Assembly: GCA_965222345.1 (NCBI GenBank)
Contig: CBDCTS010000007.1
Span: 114,760 to 178,759 of the forward strand
Length of the DNA: 64,000 bases
Source of the DNA: Terriglobia bacterium
Lineage (GTDB): Bacteria > Acidobacteriota > Terriglobia > 2-12-FULL-54-10
Direction of reading: 5' to 3'
A model generated the notes under the pieces. It did not search any database. It was not told the origin of the DNA and saw nothing but the letters and a program-made list of their open reading frames with translations. The translations under genes and the position numbers were made by a program. This document shows, one piece after another, positions 8,685-18,097 of this stretch (its first letter is position 1; every line of letters begins with the position of its first letter).

Positions 8685-10238
8685 GTGAGCACTATGGACG
8701 AGAAAGTATCGGAGTTGCTGGCGCGAAAGCAGAAACTCCGAGCGGGCGGCGGAACCAAGGCCGTCGAAAAGCAGCACGCCAGCGGAAAGATGACCGCGCG
8801 CGAACGTCTTGACTATTTCTTCGATCCCGCAACATTTGTCGAGTTCGACCTTTTTGCCAGGCACATTGGAGCCGACTATGGATTGGACAAGGCCGAGTTG
8901 CCCGCCGACGGCGTGATTACAGGACACGGCAAGGTCGCCGGGCAGGATGTCTTCGCCTACTCGGAGGACTTTACGGTCGTCGCGGGAACTTACGGCGAGC
9001 GTCACGGCAAGAAGATCTCCAAAACAGTGGATCTGGCCCGCAAGATGGGCGTGCCCGTAGTGGGGATGAACGACTCGGGCGGCGCCCGCGTCACCGAGGA
9101 GATGGGCGCGCTGAGCGAGTACGGCCAGCTCTTCTTCCGGCACGTCCGCACCTCGGGCGTGGTCCCTCAGATCGCCCTGATCCTGGGACCGGTGGCGGGA
9201 GGCCAGGCCTACTCCCCTGCCCTGATGGACTTCATCTTCATGGTCGAGAAAACCAGCTACATGTTCATCGCGGGCCCGCCGCTGGTCGAGGCCGTGGTCT
9301 TCACCAAGACCACCAACGATGAACTGGGAGGACCGGCGGTCCACGGCACCGTCAGCGGCGTCTCGGACCTCACCGCCGCCGATGACAAGGACTGTTTGGA
9401 TCGGACCAAGACCCTGCTGAGCTATCTGCCCCCCAACTGCAATCAGGCACCGCCCCGGCGCGAGCCGGACGACGATCCGCAGCGTCCATGCCCCGAACTG
9501 CGAAAAATCATCCCCGCCGAGCCCCGACGCTCCTACAACATCCACGACGTGATCACCCAGATCGTGGACAACGGCGAGTTCTTTGAGATCAAAAAGGAAT
9601 ACGCCCTCAACTTGGTCGTGGGCTTTGCGCGGCTTCACGGGCGCCCGGTGGGCGTGGTGGCCAACAACCCTCTGGTCAAGGCCGGATGTCTGGACGTCAA
9701 CGCCTCCGACAAAGGCGCCCGCTTCATCCGCTTCTGCGACGCGTTCAACATTCCGCTGATTAATCTACAGGATATCCCCGGCTTCCTGATTGGAACGGAG
9801 ATGGAGCACAAAGGGATTATCCGACATGGAGCCAAGATGCTGTTCGCCTACGCCGAGGCCACTGTGCCCAAGATCACTACGGTTTTGCGCAAGGCATACG
9901 CGGGCGGCTACCTCTCCATGTGCAGCAAGGACCTGGGTGCTGATTTTGTTTTCTCCATCCCGACGGCGGAAGTTTGCCTGATGGGGCCGGAAGGGGCCGT
10001 GAATATCCTGTTCCGCAAGGAACTCAGCGCGGCCAAAGACCCCGCAGCCGCCCGGCAGCAGCGGTTAGGCGAGTTCTTCGACAAATACGTGAACCCGTAT
10101 TACTCGGCGTCCCTCCAGCACGTCGATGACATCATCGATCCCCAGGACATGCGCTCCAGCATCATCCGCGCTTTAGAGGTGAGCCTGAACAAGCAAGACG
10201 AGTTGCCCCGCAAAAAGCACGGCAACATGCCGCTGTGA
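8685..10238 (+). CDS. Acyl-CoA carboxylase carboxyltransferase subunit (PccB / methylmalonyl-CoA decarboxylase alpha / transcarboxylase 12S-like)
   Basis: Full-length similarity pattern of the 517-aa carboxyl_trans family. GTG start follows AGGAGG at a 7-nt spacing. Confidence 0.9.
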   Translation: MSTMDEKVSELLARKQKLRAGGGTKAVEKQHASGKMTARERLDYFFDPATFVEFDLFARHIGADYGLDKAELPADGVITGHGKVAGQDVFAYSEDFTVVAGTYGERHGKKISKTVDLARKMGVPVVGMNDSGGARVTEEMGALSEYGQLFFRHVRTSGVVPQIALILGPVAGGQAYSPALMDFIFMVEKTSYMFIAGPPLVEAVVFTKTTNDELGGPAVHGTVSGVSDLTAADDKDCLDRTKTLLSYLPPNCNQAPPRREPDDDPQRPCPELRKIIPAEPRRSYNIHDVITQIVDNGEFFEIKKEYALNLVVGFARLHGRPVGVVANNPLVKAGCLDVNASDKGARFIRFCDAFNIPLINLQDIPGFLIGTEMEHKGIIRHGAKMLFAYAEATVPKITTVLRKAYAGGYLSMCSKDLGADFVFSIPTAEVCLMGPEGAVNILFRKELSAAKDPAAARQQRLGEFFDKYVNPYYSASLQHVDDIIDPQDMRSSIIRALEVSLNKQDELPRKKHGNMPL

Positions 10239-10418
10239 GAGGACTGCGCATCACCGGCAAGACTGGCGGCTCGCCCGGTTGCGGAAAGCCTCAGTCACCC
10301 AATCAAGGGAGAACTCTTCTACAGGACGCCTGATGATGATAGTATGAGTGGCTTGCTCACACTCGTGCCAGCACGTTGCCTGCAATATTCATAGAAAGAT
10401 CCTCATGAAGGAGAGCCC

Positions 10419-10634
10419 ATGGCAGAATCGGTAACAGCACCTATGGTCGGAAAGGTGCTCGAAATCCAATGTAAGGTTGGCGACAACGTAGAAGAGAACC
10501 AAATCCTGTTGCTCCTAGAAGCCATGAAGATGGAGATCCCCGTGGTCGCCCCCGCTGCAGGCATTGTCAAAGAGATCAAGGTCGCGGTGGGAGACACCGT
10601 AGAGTCAGACTCGGTCCTCGCCATCCTCGAGTAA
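10419..10634 (+). CDS. Biotin carboxyl carrier / biotin-lipoyl attachment domain protein
   Basis: 71 aa with the EAMKME biotinylation motif. Confidence 0.85.
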   Translation: MAESVTAPMVGKVLEIQCKVGDNVEENQILLLLEAMKMEIPVVAPAAGIVKEIKVAVGDTVESDSVLAILE

Positions 10635-10851
10635 GGTGATTTCAGGCTGAAGACAACTAAGGCCCAGGATGACTGGGGCGCAACAGGCAGGAGAGGATTT
10701 CCTGTTAACGCGCCACACAGCAAGGAGACTGGGATGAAGGTGCTTGTAAATCTGGTCTACCACCCTGAGAACAAAGGTTATGTGGCGGGCGTGCCTCAAT
10801 TGCCTGTTGCATGTGCCAGGGCAGGACGGTAGCAGCAGGGAGAATCATTTC

Positions 10852-12378
10852 ATGCGTGTACACTTGGTCAATCCGAACCACTTGTCTTTTGGCATAGGCG
10901 TTATAACGCCGAGGTGGCTTTTTGTCATTGCGGCTGCTACGCCGCGCGCCTTTGGAGACCCTGTGATTGTTGACGAAACGCTGGAGCAGATCGACTCCGC
11001 GCAGATTCAACCGGGCGACGTGGTGGGAATTGGAATCCACAGCGGCAATGCCTTGCGCGGCTACGAAGTCGGGCAGATGGCTCGCGAGCGCGGGGCCTAC
11101 GTAATCTACGGAGGGATTCACACCAGCCTTTACCCGGAGGAAGCCTACGAGTTGGGATGCGCACATGCGGTGGTTAAGGGCGACGGAGACGCCATTTGGC
11201 CGAAGGTGCTGGCCGACTGCGCCAACGGGGGACCGCAGCGCTCCTATGAGGGGGGACGGGTCGAGGCGGACCAGTTTCTGCCGGCGCGCTGGGATTTATT
11301 GCAGCGCAACAGCTACATGTGGGCTTCGGTGCAGACCGTGCGCGGATGCCCCAAGCACTGCTCCTTTTGTTCGGTGTGGCGCACGGACGGCCAACGCCCC
11401 CGCCAGCGCGCCTCGGACGTGGTCATCCAGGAAATTGTCGAACTACGCCGCATGGGGTTTCGCTTCATTGCGCTCGCGGACGACAACTTCTATCCTGTCA
11501 CGCTCGAAGACCTGAAGCTGGCCGAGCAACAAAACGATCAACATCGGCTGAGCGAGTTGCGGGCCATGCGCGAAGAGAGATTCGAGCTCATGGAGCGCTT
11601 GGCCGAGTTGCCCAAGGGCATGGTGTTCTTCACGCAAATCACTATGGAGGCGGCGGAAGACCCCTCATTCCTGGATGCCATGCACAAGGCCCGGATCCAC
11701 GGAGCGCTGGTGGGAGTGGAATCGGTCACCCCGGAAGGGCTGAAGGCCGTCTTCAAGGATTTCAACTCGGCGGGCGAGAGCCTAGTGCGCCAGCTCCGCA
11801 CTTTCCGGCAACACGGCGTGCACGTCTTGGGCTCCTTCATCTTCGGATTGTCCACTGACCGGCCGGATACCTTCGAGACCACCGCAGCGCTGGCGGAGGA
11901 GGCCGGCTTAACGGTTGCGCAGTTCGTGCTGTTGACTCCGTTCCCGGGAACCGTGGATTTCCAGCGCTGGGAAAAGAGAATGGAGAACGATTCCACTCGG
12001 ATTGCAGGCTTTCCTTTGACCCGCTACTGGCTGATTCCGCAGGCCCTTCGACCGAAGATGTACATGTCTCATCCGGTGATGTCCGGCGATGAGATCCGCC
12101 AACGCACTCAGGGGGTGTGGGACAATTTTTACAGTTTGCCCTCGATCTGGAAGCGATCCCGTTTCATCAAGACTCTGCGCAACCGGATTGCCTTTACACT
12201 GCTTTCAAAAATCTACCGGCAGATGTACGCCAATACCGGAATCGCCACCGACAGCGCTCGGGTGAACCGGGCGGCTCGGTGGGCGCGGTGGCTGGCGAAG
12301 CCCTGCCAGCGACTGTTTCGGGCAACGCCCATGCCGGAGCTGCAAATCCCGGAGAGGTCGGAAAGCCGACCCGCTTGA
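10852..12378 (+). CDS. B12-binding-domain radical SAM protein (class B)
   Basis: An N-terminal Rossmann-like B12-binding region (VHLVNPN..., GIGIHSGN) is followed by RGCPKHCSFCSV (CxxxCxxC). ATG at 10852 follows AGGGAG. Confidence 0.85.
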   Translation: MRVHLVNPNHLSFGIGVITPRWLFVIAAATPRAFGDPVIVDETLEQIDSAQIQPGDVVGIGIHSGNALRGYEVGQMARERGAYVIYGGIHTSLYPEEAYELGCAHAVVKGDGDAIWPKVLADCANGGPQRSYEGGRVEADQFLPARWDLLQRNSYMWASVQTVRGCPKHCSFCSVWRTDGQRPRQRASDVVIQEIVELRRMGFRFIALADDNFYPVTLEDLKLAEQQNDQHRLSELRAMREERFELMERLAELPKGMVFFTQITMEAAEDPSFLDAMHKARIHGALVGVESVTPEGLKAVFKDFNSAGESLVRQLRTFRQHGVHVLGSFIFGLSTDRPDTFETTAALAEEAGLTVAQFVLLTPFPGTVDFQRWEKRMENDSTRIAGFPLTRYWLIPQALRPKMYMSHPVMSGDEIRQRTQGVWDNFYSLPSIWKRSRFIKTLRNRIAFTLLSKIYRQMYANTGIATDSARVNRAARWARWLAKPCQRLFRATPMPELQIPERSESRPA

Positions 12379-12618
12379 CCCAGCCTTTGATCCAGTTAGG
12401 CCGGTCGGCTGAATCAAGCCAGAAACATCCAGCCTGACGCTATAGCGCTGCGACACAAAAAGCGACCCGAATTCGCAAACTACTATCCTTAGTCCATGTC
12501 CCTGCCAGAGGAACGGGATACCTGGAAAAGGACTTGTAGCACCCTTTGGCAGGAGGAGGACCTGGAGGCCGATTCGAGAAGCGAATGGCCAAGCGGTGGA
12601 GGAGGAAGACAGCCTAGA

Positions 12619-13590
12619 ATGAACACTCAACCCAAAATCGGCTACCTCATCCCCACGCGCGATGCGGTCATGCGGGCTCCCGGAGGCCGCGCCGACATCA
12701 GCCGCATGTTAGAACTGGCTGTCGAGGCCGAGCAGAAAGGGTTTGACTCAGTATGGATCGGCGACAGCGTCCTGGCACGGCCCCGCTTTGAAGCCCTGAC
12801 CACGCTTGCCGCCATCGCAGCGCGCACCGAGCGCGTCCAGCTTGGAACCGCCGTTTATCTTTCCCCTCTGCGGCACCCCGTAACTCTGGCCCATACGGCA
12901 GGAACGCTGGACTTGCTTTCCGGCGGGCGGTTTCTGTTTGGCATCGGCTTGGGCCCGCCGGTCCCTTCGGTAGAGGCGGAATACGCCGCCTGCGGAGTCG
13001 ATTTCAAACGGCGAGGCCAGCTTCAGGAAGAAGGCTTGCAAATCATGAAGGGCCTGTGGACGGGGCAACCGTTCAGCTTCCAAGGAAAACTCTTCTCTTT
13101 GGAAAACATCACACTGCACCCGCTGCCTGCCCGCGAGGGCGGACCGCCAGTGATGTTAGCTGCCGCTGCCGAGAGACCCCTGCGGCGCATCGCGCGTCTG
13201 GGAGATGGCTGGCTTCCGATCAGCCCGACTCCCAAGCAGGTCTCCGTTGAATGGGAGCAGCTGCGAGGCTATTGCGCGGAAGCGGGCCGCAACCCCGCCA
13301 GCCTCCAGCGGATTCACTACGTCACTTTGAATGTGAACCGGGACGTCCGGCAGGCCCAGCAGGAAGGCGAAGTTTTTCTCCAGGCCTACTATGGCGCCGG
13401 CCACGAGAGGATTTCCCGCACGCAGGCGATTCAGTTTGGCGAACCGGAACGCTGCGCCGAATTCTTGCATGGATTCACTGCGGCAGGAGTCGGCCACTTC
13501 GTTGTGCGGTTTGCTTCGAGCGGCCAGGAAGCGCAGATGGAGCGATTGCTGTCGGAAGTGCTGCCGTTGCTGCCGGCCTCCCTCGCTTGA
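12619..13590 (+). CDS. Luciferase-like monooxygenase (LLM) class flavin/F420-dependent oxidoreductase
   Basis: IGYLIPTR..., GFDSVWIGDS and the RF..GIGLG pattern are present. ATG at 12619 follows GGAGGAAG. Confidence 0.8.
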   Translation: MNTQPKIGYLIPTRDAVMRAPGGRADISRMLELAVEAEQKGFDSVWIGDSVLARPRFEALTTLAAIAARTERVQLGTAVYLSPLRHPVTLAHTAGTLDLLSGGRFLFGIGLGPPVPSVEAEYAACGVDFKRRGQLQEEGLQIMKGLWTGQPFSFQGKLFSLENITLHPLPAREGGPPVMLAAAAERPLRRIARLGDGWLPISPTPKQVSVEWEQLRGYCAEAGRNPASLQRIHYVTLNVNRDVRQAQQEGEVFLQAYYGAGHERISRTQAIQFGEPERCAEFLHGFTAAGVGHFVVRFASSGQEAQMERLLSEVLPLLPASLA

Positions 13591-13776
13591 GCGCATCTTG
13601 AACTCGTCCGCAGAGGCGAACCGGCCTGCCCCGATTGCCGGACTCACGGCTCCGGGTTGACAGGATTCCGTGTTCTGGATAAAAACTATATCCGTATCGA
13701 TCCGGGCCGAGCCGCCATTGCGGCGCTGGCTTTTGCTTGCGGTTACAGAGTTCGGCGATAACTTAGGCAACAAACT

Positions 13777-15189
13777 ATGCTGGTCGTAAAATTTGGCGGG
13801 ACCTCAATGGGCGGCGTGCAGTGCTTCGAGAAGGTGAAGCAGATCATCGCCCGCACGGCCGGCGAAGGCGTGCCCGTGGTGGTCGTGGTTTCGGCGATGA
13901 GCACGGTGACCGATACCTTGCTCGATACGGCTCGTCTAGCCGCCCAGGGCAATCAGAGCGCCGTCGAAGAGAAGCTCCAGTATCTGGAACGATTGCACTT
14001 CCAAGCGGTGGAAGAGATTTTTCCCCAGCCGCATCGCCAGAAGGCACAAAAAACCGTCACCGAAATTCTGGGCGAATTTGCGAAGCTTTCGGCCGGCATG
14101 GCGCTGGTCGCTGAGATGCCGCTCAGAGCTTTGGACGCCGGATTGTCGGTGGGCGAAAGGCTGTCGTCCATGCTGCTGGCGTGGTATCTGGAAACCTGCC
14201 GAATCCAGGCTCAGGCGGTGGACACGGCACAATGCATGATTACCGACGATGGGTTCGGAAGCGCTCGTCCGCTGCTGAAACACACGCAAGAAGCGATGCG
14301 CCGCATCCTGCTGCCGCTGGCGGAAAACAAGTGCATTCCGATCGTGACCGGATTCCTGGGCGCGACTCGCGAAGGCTTGCGGACGACCCTGGGACGGGGC
14401 GGCTCGGATTACTCCGCAGCGATTGTGGCTTCCTCGCTCGATGCCAAGGAGCTATGGATATGTACCGATGTAGACGGTGTGTTCAGCGCTGATCCCAAGA
14501 TGGTCGGGGAAGCCTTGATTCTGGATGAACTCACCTACGAGGAAGCCGCGGAGCTTTCTTACTTCGGCGCCAAGGTCTTGCATCCCAAGACGCTGGCTCC
14601 TTTGCAATCCAGCCGCATTCCGGTCTATATCAAAAATACTTATGCGCCGGAAAAGCCAGGCACCCGCATTGGGCCGTCTCACAAGAGCAGCCAGCAGGGA
14701 GCCAAGGCGGTGACTTCCAGGGCGCCGGTCGCCTTGCTTACCCTCCGCAGCAACGGCACGCCCGGCACTACGGAACTGCTGGCCCGAACCTTTGCCGCGT
14801 TGTCACATTCCCACGTTGAGATTTTGATGGTGACCCAATCCTCCTACCAGGACAGCTTCTGTCTGCTGGTACCGCAATCGATGGCGGAGATGGCCCAGGC
14901 CACGCTGGAGCATGCTTTTCGCTTGGAGCTGAGCCATCACTACCTGGACCCGCTCGACCGGCAGGACGTGGCGGCCATCGCCCTGATCGGCGAGGGCATG
15001 AAGGGAACTCCCGGAATCGCCGCCCGCTTATTCGGCGCTCTGGCCCGGGAAAAGGTCAGCGTGATCGCCATCGGGCAGGGCTCCTCGGAATCGAACATCT
15101 CGCTCGTGGTTTCGCAGGAAAACCGCATCGGGGCTGTCCGGGCCATCCATCAGGAGTTCATCGTCCCGGCGGCGGCACGGCACGCATAA
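13777..15189 (+). CDS. lysC: Aspartate kinase
   Basis: MLVVKFGGTS..., VVVVSAM and GRGGSDYSA are present, with a C-terminal ACT-like region. Confidence 0.9.
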   Translation: MLVVKFGGTSMGGVQCFEKVKQIIARTAGEGVPVVVVVSAMSTVTDTLLDTARLAAQGNQSAVEEKLQYLERLHFQAVEEIFPQPHRQKAQKTVTEILGEFAKLSAGMALVAEMPLRALDAGLSVGERLSSMLLAWYLETCRIQAQAVDTAQCMITDDGFGSARPLLKHTQEAMRRILLPLAENKCIPIVTGFLGATREGLRTTLGRGGSDYSAAIVASSLDAKELWICTDVDGVFSADPKMVGEALILDELTYEEAAELSYFGAKVLHPKTLAPLQSSRIPVYIKNTYAPEKPGTRIGPSHKSSQQGAKAVTSRAPVALLTLRSNGTPGTTELLARTFAALSHSHVEILMVTQSSYQDSFCLLVPQSMAEMAQATLEHAFRLELSHHYLDPLDRQDVAAIALIGEGMKGTPGIAARLFGALAREKVSVIAIGQGSSESNISLVVSQENRIGAVRAIHQEFIVPAAARHA

Positions 15190-15203
15190 AGCCAAGGAAC
15201 TTC

Positions 15204-15302
15204 CTATTTGCGGCTCAGCCACTCGATCTGCTCCGGCCGGAAGCGGTTCAGACGGTCGGCAGCGCTCCTCGGCCTCAGCAACGGCAGAATCGCCCACAGC
15301 AT
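15204..15302. repeat. 99-bp direct repeat, copy A (duplicate of the 3-prime end of gene 16004-16597)
   Basis: Aligns base for base with 16004-16102 with about 7 mismatches. The offset is exactly 800 bp. Confidence 0.95.
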
Positions 15303-15635
15303 TTATGCCGCACTGCTCACTCGGCATGGCCGGATTTTTTGCAGGTCCCGCGCAAGATGAGCCTTCGCCCGCCGAACCTCATAAGAGGCTTGCAGGTTCA
15401 TCCAGAATTGCTCCGTTGTTCCAAAATACTTTGCCAGCCGGACAGCCGTATCCGCCGTGATGCCACGTTTTTCCAGGACAATGTCGTTGATCCGGGGAGC
15501 AGGCACGTGCAGTTGCTTAGCCAACTCATACGCGGATACTTTCATCGGTTTCAGAAACTCCTCCCGCAGAATTTCTCCGGGGTGAATCCTCCATGCTGCT
15601 GAACTCTTCCCGACCTTGCTCGTCGCCCTTTTCAT
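15303..15635 (-). CDS. higA: HigA-family antitoxin (XRE-type HTH)
   Basis: IHPGEILREEFL..., YELAKQLHVPAPRINDIV..KRGITADTAVRLAKYFGTT.QFWMNLQ. Confidence 0.85.
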   Translation of the reverse strand: MKRATSKVGKSSAAWRIHPGEILREEFLKPMKVSAYELAKQLHVPAPRINDIVLEKRGITADTAVRLAKYFGTTEQFWMNLQASYEVRRAKAHLARDLQKIRPCRVSSAA

Positions 15636-15651
15636 TCCCCCCCATCGTTCC

Positions 15652-15873
15652 TCAATGATAGTCAGTTATCTCAACGTCGCAAGCGTTACCGTGCTTCCAA
15701 CGGAAGCATATCCGGAACTGGTCATTGATGCGAATGCTGTGCTGACCCCTCCGGTCACCCTTTAACCGTTCCAAACAATTCTCCGGTGGAACCCGCAAAT
15801 CACCCAGTGTTCCCGCGCTGTCAAGCAGCAAAAGTTTTCGCAGCACCACGCGGCCCAAACCAGCGGGAGGCAT
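15652..15873 (-). CDS. higB: HigB-family (RelE/ParE superfamily) toxin, apparently lacking its native start codon
   Basis: C-terminal LKGDRRGQHSIRINDQFRICFRW...DVEITDYH is typical of HigB. HigB-like N-terminal residues (FDSRTRRFWESGKSKG) continue in frame upstream of 15873, but no ATG/GTG/TTG occurs before an in-frame stop. Confidence 0.7.
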   Translation of the reverse strand: MPPAGLGRVVLRKLLLLDSAGTLGDLRVPPENCLERLKGDRRGQHSIRINDQFRICFRWKHGNACDVEITDYH

Positions 15874-16003
15874 CCCCTTGCTTTTGCCAGACTCCCAAAA
15901 CCGGCGGGTACGAGAATCAAAAGTTAAACTGAGACACTACCGAAAAGTGTTATTTGATGGAGGTTTCTGACAGGCACGGTCGGGGATTGACGCTTTGGAA
16001 TCG

Positions 16004-16102
16004 CTATCTGCGGCTCAGCCACTCTATCCGCTCCGGCCGGAAGCGGTTCAGGCGGTCGGCAGCGCTCCTCGGCCTCAGCAACGGCAGAATCGCCTGCAGC
16101 AT
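16004..16102. repeat. 99-bp direct repeat, copy B (native 3-prime end of gene 16004-16597)
   Basis: See copy A. Confidence 0.95.
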
Positions 16103-16597
16103 CCGGTCCCCTTCCGAGTCCAGCAGCAGAACGAATACGTCCGCCTTGTCGGCATGGGAATAGGCAGAATACCGAAGGCCATTTCTCGCCAACTCGAGCA
16201 ATCCTTCCCAAAAACTTTGGCGAGCGAACAGGCGTTTGCGGGCAGCGTTCTCCTGCAGCAGGTCCAAGGCTTCCTGGCCCCGGCGGAAGCGCACCAGAAA
16301 GCAGCTTTGGGGCTGAAAGATCCGCGCCGGATCCGGGCCGGGAAAAGTTTGCAGGACGCGCTCCAGCTCTTCCTCGGGAACTTCCAAAGACTGCCAGCGG
16401 TATCGGTAATCGCCCGTTGAGATGGTTCCGGCCTGGAGGATTCGCCGGATGCGCGGCGCATCCTTTCCCAGAACGGGCAGCATGATCTCGATCAATTCCG
16501 GCAGGCTGAAGTCCCGTTGTACAACGTGCGAGACGCTGACGTACTCGGCGGCCTCCGAGAGCAGCTTGACGCGAATCTTGGAAGGTATGGCTGACAT
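16004..16597 (-). CDS. Hypothetical protein downstream of tyrS
   Basis: 197-aa ORF 20 bp after the tyrS stop on the same strand. No family recognised. Confidence 0.55.
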   Translation of the reverse strand: MSAIPSKIRVKLLSEAAEYVSVSHVVQRDFSLPELIEIMLPVLGKDAPRIRRILQAGTISTGDYRYRWQSLEVPEEELERVLQTFPGPDPARIFQPQSCFLVRFRRGQEALDLLQENAARKRLFARQSFWEGLLELARNGLRYSAYSHADKADVFVLLLDSEGDRMLQAILPLLRPRSAADRLNRFRPERIEWLSRR

Positions 16598-16617
16598 GGA
16601 AGCGGCACACGGGATAT

Positions 16618-17943
16618 TCAGCGCCGGACCGGCTCTAAAACCACTTTCAAATGGCGCCGCCCCACCTGCACCAGAAGTTCATTGGTCCGGCTCGGGTCCA
16701 GGCGAAACAAGGGCTCGCGGCATCGGCTGCCATTGATGGAGACGGCTCCCTGCTTCAGCTTGCGAGTTGCATCGGCGTTCGAGCTGGCCAGCCCCACGCT
16801 GGCTAGCAAGCGGTCCAGCTTGATCGGGTGTTCCTCGCCTGCCTTTCCCTGCTGATCGTTCCCCTTTGCCCCGGATGCCTTCTTTGCCAGCACCCGATCC
16901 GCCGCCAGGGAACAGGTTTCGATCTCGCTCGGTTGCTGGCGTTGCCGGAAGACACGGCTGAACTCCTCTTCCGCCTGGCGCGCCTGCCGGGGACCATGAA
17001 AATCCGTTATGATCCGGCGGGCTAAATCTATCTTGGTGGACATGGGATGGACCGCGCCGCTTGCGACCTTCCTGCGCAACTCGGAAATTTCTGCCATGCT
17101 CAAATCCGTCAGCAACTCAAAGTAGCGATACATCAGCTCATCGGATATCGACATCAGCTTGCCGAACATCTCTTGGGGCGGCTCGGTGAGTCCGATGGCA
17201 TTTCCTAGCGACTTGCTCATCTTCTGAACCCCATCGGTCCCTTCCAAGATCGGCACCGTGACCACGACCTGTGAGGGCTGGCCGTATTCCCGCTGCAGGT
17301 CGCGGCCCACCAGGAGGTTGAACTTCTGGTCCGTTCCACCCACCTCCACGTCCGCTTCCAGGGCAACCGAGTCGTATCCCTGCATCAGGGGATAGAGCAT
17401 CTCATGCATGAAGATCGGGACGCCCTTCTTGTAGCGGCTTTCGAAATCGTCGCGCTCCAGGATGCGGGCCACGGTGTAGCGGGAGCAAAGACGAAGCATA
17501 GCCTCGCTGCTCAGGCCGGAAAGCCAGGACGCGTTGAACCGAACCTCCGTCTTTTCCGGGTCGAGAAGTTTGAAGACCTGAGATTTGTAAGTCTCCGCGT
17601 TGGCTGCTATCTCCTCCGGAAGCAGCGGCGGGCGGGTAACGGTCCTCCCGCTGGGATCGCCGATCCTGCCGGTAAAGTCCCCGATCAGGAAAATCACGGT
17701 GTGACCCATCTGCTGAAAGTGCTTCAGCTTGCGCAACACCAGAGTATGGCCCAAGTGAAGGTCCGGGGCCGTCGGGTCGCATCCCAGCTTAATCCGCAGC
17801 GGTTTGTTGGTCTCCTGCAAGCGGGCGAGTTTCTGACGCAGATCCTCCTCGCGAATGATCTCGACCGTACCCCGGAGCAAGGTTTCCATCTGCCGATCTA
17901 AATCCCGATCCGGGGAATCTTTGGATAATTTTTCTGCGGCCAC
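16618..17943 (-). CDS. tyrS: Tyrosine--tRNA ligase
   Basis: HLGHT (HIGH) and KMSKSLGN (KMSKS) motifs plus a C-terminal S4-like domain. An alternative ATG start lies at 17889. Confidence 0.92.
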   Translation of the reverse strand: MAAEKLSKDSPDRDLDRQMETLLRGTVEIIREEDLRQKLARLQETNKPLRIKLGCDPTAPDLHLGHTLVLRKLKHFQQMGHTVIFLIGDFTGRIGDPSGRTVTRPPLLPEEIAANAETYKSQVFKLLDPEKTEVRFNASWLSGLSSEAMLRLCSRYTVARILERDDFESRYKKGVPIFMHEMLYPLMQGYDSVALEADVEVGGTDQKFNLLVGRDLQREYGQPSQVVVTVPILEGTDGVQKMSKSLGNAIGLTEPPQEMFGKLMSISDELMYRYFELLTDLSMAEISELRRKVASGAVHPMSTKIDLARRIITDFHGPRQARQAEEEFSRVFRQRQQPSEIETCSLAADRVLAKKASGAKGNDQQGKAGEEHPIKLDRLLASVGLASSNADATRKLKQGAVSINGSRCREPLFRLDPSRTNELLVQVGRRHLKVVLEPVRR

Positions 17944-18097
17944 CGCACGGGAATTATAACACCCCGAAGGACAGTGGCAGGCGATCCTGGGGGCTCTTTC
18001 ACTCCCGCCGAACCACAGGGGAGAACATCCCCTCTCTCAAATGGAAAGCAGTGTTTGATCGGACCTATAGGGAGGGAGCCGAGCTTTCCCTAAAGCG

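Noticed and set aside
10239-10418. A small decarboxylase delta/gamma-type subunit gene between the carboxyltransferase and the biotin carrier
   Set aside because: The only ORFs in the 180-bp spacer are 16 codons or shorter and have no RBS.
13591-13776. A lysine riboswitch (L-box) in the lysC leader
   Set aside because: A TTGACA-containing promoter-like element near 13655 would leave a leader of only about 85 nt. That is much shorter than the roughly 180-nt L-box, and I could not find the conserved L-box helices. It needs a covariance-model scan to be excluded formally.
17944-18097. A T-box or other leader RNA upstream of tyrS
   Set aside because: I found no specifier-loop or T-box sequence (AGGGUGGNACCGCG-like). 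A TATAAT lies only about 12 nt from the GTG at 17943. This fits better with a short or leaderless transcript, or with the alternative ATG start at 17889.
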